Assembly: GCA_934434905.1 (NCBI GenBank)
Contig: CAKSAI010000032.1
Location: 1 to 18,455, forward strand
From: an uncultured Lachnospiraceae bacterium
GTDB lineage: Bacteria; Bacillota; Clostridia; Lachnospirales; Lachnospiraceae
Length of the DNA stretch: 18,455 bases
Direction: 5' to 3'
Below, one piece after another: positions 14,889-18,455 of this stretch. The position numbers were made by a program, and so were the translations under genes. The notes below the pieces were generated by a model, which saw only the letters and a program-made list of their open reading frames with translations, had not been told where the DNA came from and made no database searches. Positions within the stretch are counted from its first letter, which is position 1; each line of letters begins with the position of its first letter.

Positions 14889-17800
14889 CTATTTAAAGTA
14901 CGCTACGCCACTTTCAAACAAGCGAAGATCCTGCTCTCCGTAGATATTGACGGCGACGCTCCTGCCCCGGCGCTCTGCATGCGCCATCTTGCCCAGGATA
15001 CGACCATCCGGGCTGGTGATCCCTTCGATGGCTGCGTAGGAGCCGTTGACGTTCCACTCCTCGTCCATGGTAGGATCGCCCGCCTCATTGACATACTGGG
15101 TTGCCACCTGGCCGTTGGCAAAGAGACGATCCAGCCATTCCTTAGGTGCCACAAAGCGTCCCTCCCCGTGAGAAGCCGGACTTGTGTAGACCTTGCCAAG
15201 CTCCGCCTGGGCCAGCCAGGGAGATTTGTTGGAAACCACCTTGGTGTAGACCATCTTGGAGATGTGGCGTCCGATGGTATTGTAAGTCAGCGTAGGTGAA
15301 TCCGCTGTCTGCTGGGTGATCTCGCCGTAGGGGACAAGTCCCAGCTTGATTAATGCCTGGAAGCCGTTGCAGATACCCAGCATCAGGCCATCCCGCTCTG
15401 TCAGCAAACGATTCACCGCCTCTCCCATCTTCGCATTGCGGAAAGCCGTAGCGAAGAACTTGGCGCTTCCCTCCGGCTCATCGCCTGCGGAGAATCCGCC
15501 GGGGAACATGATGATCTGGGACTGATCGATTGCCCTTACGAATTCGTCCACAGAATCCCGTATCCCGGCAGCATCAAGATTGCGAAACACCTTCACAATG
15601 GTATCCGCTCCGGCACGTTCAAAGGCTCTTGCACTGTCATATTCGCAGTTGGTCCCAGGGAATACCGGAATAAATACGGTCGGCTTTGCCACTCTATTTT
15701 TGCACACATAAATATCTTTTGTATCGTAAAGTCTGGTATCTACCCGTTCTGTATCTGCAGTCGCATGGGTCGGGAACACCTTCTCCAGCGGCTTCGTCCA
15801 GGTGTCCAGAGCTTCGTCGACAGAGATCTCCATTGCCCCGTAGACAAGTTTTCCATCGCCGGTTATTTCGCCGATGACTTGATATCCAGTCGCCACTGCA
15901 TGCCCATTCTCCGCTGTATCCGCATGTTTTCCAGCCGCAAGTCCTCTCGCCACTTCCTCCAGCAGCGCCACCTTGTCTGCCGCCATCTCGGCCACCAGAT
16001 CGCCGAAGCCCGGTGCAAACAGCTCATCTGTGCCAACTGCAGCGTCAATGCGAACACCCAGCTTATTACCGAAAGCCATCTTGCAGACTGCGGCTGCAAT
16101 TCCCTTGCCATCCAGGGCATACGCGGACACAATGGCTCCCTCTCTGATCAATGTATGGATTGTCTCATACAGCTTCATCGCCTGGGCATAATCTGGCAGA
16201 TCGTAAGCGTCCTTCTGAATCTTAAAGTAGACAAGCTTATTTCCCGGAGTCTTGAATTCCGGCGTAATGACATCCCTTTCCTTTGCCACGTCCACTGCAA
16301 AGGATACCAGCGTCGGCGGCACGTCGATGTCATTGAAGGATCCCGACATGGAGTCCTTGCCGCCGATGGACGGAAGGCCGAAGCCGATCTGCGCACGGTA
16401 TGCGCCCAGCAGTGCAGCCACCGGCTGACTCCAGCGCCTTGGTTCCTCGCTCATCCTGCGAAAATACTCCTGGAATGTGAAGCGGATCTTCCTGTAATCC
16501 CCGCCAGCTGCCACAATCCTGGCTACAGATTCCTGCACCGCATACACAGCTCCGTGATAGGGGCTCCAGGAGGACAGATACGGATCAAAGCCGTAGGCCA
16601 TCATAGTCACAGTATCGCAGCTGCCCTTCTGCACCGGAAGCTTCGCCACCATGCTCTGTGTCTCGGTAAGCTGATATTTTCCGCCGTAAGGCATACAAAC
16701 GCTTCCTGCGCCGATGGAACTGTCGAACCGCTCCACCAGTCCCTTCTGGGAGCACACATTCAGATCTCCCAGCGTTTTCATGAAGGCCGTCTTCACATCG
16801 CCCTTCTTCAAGGCTTCCTCCACGCCTTTTATTTCTTTTTTTGCAAAAAAGTCATCCTCCTGCGCCGGAATCTCCACGGCCACAGCCGTTTCCTGATGGG
16901 CACCGTTGGTATCAAGAAACGCTCTGGAGATATTCACAATCTCCTTGCCTCTCCACTCCAACACCAGCCGTGGCTCCTTGGTCACCACCGCGACCTCCAC
17001 AGCCTCCAGATTCTCCTCTGCCGCATAGGCTAAGAACTTCTCCACATCCTCCGGTGCCACCACCACAGCCATGCGCTCCTGGGACTCGGAGATAGCGATC
17101 TCAGTTCCGTCAAGACCTGCATATTTCTTGGGAACCTTATCCAAGCAGACTCTAAGACCGTCTGCCAGCTCACCGATGGCTACGGACACGCCACCCGCGC
17201 CAAAATCATTGCACTTTTTGATGATATGCGCCACCTCTTCCCGACGGAACAACCGTTGAAGTTTCCGCTCCGTGGGCGGATTACCCTTCTGAACCTCCGC
17301 GCCGCAGGTATCGATGGACTGTGTGGTATGAGCCTTGGAGGAACCGGTTGCTCCGCCGCAGCCATCACGACCGGTACGCCCGCCCAGCAGGATGATGATA
17401 TCGCCGGGATCGGAGGTCAGCCGCTGTACGGCACGCCGGGGCGCAGCACCCATAACTGCACCGATCTCCATACGCTTTGCCACATAATCGGGATGATAGA
17501 TTTCCTTCACATAGCCGGTTGCCAGACCGATCTGGTTACCGTAGGAGCTGTAGCCATGAGCCGCCTCCCGTACCAGCTTCTTCTGGGGAAGCTTGCCCGC
17601 CAGGGTATCCTTAAGATCAACCGTTGGATCTGCGGCTCCGGTCACACGCATGGCCTGATACACATAAGTACGCCCGGACAGAGGATCCCGGATAGCGCCT
17701 CCCAGACAAGTGGCCGCACCACCAAAGGGCTCGATCTCCGTCGGATGGTTATGCGTCTCGTTCTTGAAGTTCACCAGCCATTCCTCGGTCTCGCCGTCCA

Positions 17801-18455
17801 CTTCCACCGGCACTACGATGGAACAGGCATTGATCTCATCCGACTCCTCCTGATCTTGAAGCTTGCCCTCCTTCTTCAGACGCTTCATAGCCATCAACGC
17901 CAGATCCATCAGGCAGACAAACTTATCATCGCGTCCCTGATACATTTCCTTATGAGTGGCAAGATAATCCTCGTAGGTCTCCTCCATGGGCTTCCGATAA
18001 TAACCCTCGCCGAAGGTCACGTCCGTAAGCTCCGTGGAAAAGGTCGTGTGCCGGCAATGATCCGACCAATAGGTATCCAGCACGCGGATCTCCGTCATGG
18101 AAGGATTGCGTTTTTCTTCCTTTCGAAAATAATTCTGGATATGCAGGAAATCCTTGAAGGTCATAGCCAGATTCAGGGAATCGTATAATTCCCTCAGTTG
18201 GTTTTCAGGCATATCGATAAAATCTTCCTTCCCCGGCATATGTTCAAAGATCATCACGTCTGCCGGCTCCGGGAAGCTCTGTGCCAGCGTCTCTGGCTTC
18301 TCCATCCCCGTTTCCCGGGAATCCACCGGATTGATGCAGTGGTTCTTCACCGCGTCAAGCTGCTCCTTTGTGATCTCTCCCTCCAGCACATAGGTGGTTG
18401 CCGTACGGATGATAGGCTCCTCATTCTCATTCAGCAACTTCACACACTGCTCTGC
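14889..18455 (-). CDS. purL: Phosphoribosylformylglycinamidine synthase, large single-chain type (PurL with fused PurQ glutaminase); the N-terminus lies beyond the window edge
   Basis: 1184+ aa. AIR-synthase-like FGAM domains, then a C-terminal class-I glutamine amidotransferase with the catalytic Cys in LMLGICNGFQAL and a His/Glu region. The frame is still open at 18455; the ORF-track 'M' at 18443 is GTG, and the preceding codons AEQC are in frame. Confidence 0.9.
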   Translation of the reverse strand, partial: AEQCVKLLNENEEPIIRTATTYVLEGEITKEQLDAVKNHCINPVDSRETGMEKPETLAQSFPEPADVMIFEHMPGKEDFIDMPENQLRELYDSLNLAMTFKDFLHIQNYFRKEEKRNPSMTEIRVLDTYWSDHCRHTTFSTELTDVTFGEGYYRKPMEETYEDYLATHKEMYQGRDDKFVCLMDLALMAMKRLKKEGKLQDQEESDEINACSIVVPVEVDGETEEWLVNFKNETHNHPTEIEPFGGAATCLGGAIRDPLSGRTYVYQAMRVTGAADPTVDLKDTLAGKLPQKKLVREAAHGYSSYGNQIGLATGYVKEIYHPDYVAKRMEIGAVMGAAPRRAVQRLTSDPGDIIILLGGRTGRDGCGGATGSSKAHTTQSIDTCGAEVQKGNPPTERKLQRLFRREEVAHIIKKCNDFGAGGVSVAIGELADGLRVCLDKVPKKYAGLDGTEIAISESQERMAVVVAPEDVEKFLAYAAEENLEAVEVAVVTKEPRLVLEWRGKEIVNISRAFLDTNGAHQETAVAVEIPAQEDDFFAKKEIKGVEEALKKGDVKTAFMKTLGDLNVCSQKGLVERFDSSIGAGSVCMPYGGKYQLTETQSMVAKLPVQKGSCDTVTMMAYGFDPYLSSWSPYHGAVYAVQESVARIVAAGGDYRKIRFTFQEYFRRMSEEPRRWSQPVAALLGAYRAQIGFGLPSIGGKDSMSGSFNDIDVPPTLVSFAVDVAKERDVITPEFKTPGNKLVYFKIQKDAYDLPDYAQAMKLYETIHTLIREGAIVSAYALDGKGIAAAVCKMAFGNKLGVRIDAAVGTDELFAPGFGDLVAEMAADKVALLEEVARGLAAGKHADTAENGHAVATGYQVIGEITGDGKLVYGAMEISVDEALDTWTKPLEKVFPTHATADTERVDTRLYDTKDIYVCKNRVAKPTVFIPVFPGTNCEYDSARAFERAGADTIVKVFRNLDAAGIRDSVDEFVRAIDQSQIIMFPGGFSAGDEPEGSAKFFATAFRNAKMGEAVNRLLTERDGLMLGICNGFQALIKLGLVPYGEITQQTADSPTLTYNTIGRHISKMVYTKVVSNKSPWLAQAELGKVYTSPASHGEGRFVAPKEWLDRLFANGQVATQYVNEAGDPTMDEEWNVNGSYAAIEGITSPDGRILGKMAHAERRGRSVAVNIYGEQDLRLFESGVAYFK

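Noticed and set aside
15765-17033. 422-aa plus-strand ORF (and a 320-aa ORF at 17226..18188) opposite purL
   Set aside because: They lie entirely antisense to a high-GC, well-supported purL frame. The translation is Arg/His/Leu/Cys-rich low-complexity sequence typical of antisense frames in GC-rich DNA. No RBS or promoter was found.

Overview
The window reads as a Firmicutes (Clostridia-like) chromosomal segment, with almost every gene on the minus strand. Reading right to left: a 5'-truncated large single-chain purL; an elongator tRNA-Met with a consensus promoter and an intrinsic terminator; a low-GC segment carrying a bile-salt hydrolase (Cys2 Ntn-hydrolase) followed by a 64-codon remnant of an FAD-dependent oxidoreductase; a three-gene membrane module of an SPFH/band-7 protein with four C-terminal zinc ribbons, a double zinc-ribbon protein and a TPM-domain protein (this resembles B. 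subtilis ydjI/ydjG/ydjH but in a different order and without pspA); a plus-strand orphan Uma2 (PD-(D/E)xK) endonuclease with its own promoter, sitting between face-to-face terminators; queT behind a preQ1-I riboswitch; apt; and then one long co-directional array of ispF, an Eis-like GNAT, a GH20-like hydrolase, a T-box leader, cysE, cysS, mrnC, rlmB and a 96-aa ORF, closed by a bidirectional terminator. The window starts with the 3' end of a convergent HAD-IIA hydrolase gene. No CRISPR array, transposase or integrase was seen. The most system-like and least characterised element is the SPFH/zinc-ribbon/TPM triad with its internally repeated zinc-ribbon tail. The tRNA-adjacent low-GC BSH island with a gene remnant, and a perfect 16-bp palindrome at the BSH promoter, are the other notable points. 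All calls come from reading the sequence and recalling family signatures; no searches were run.
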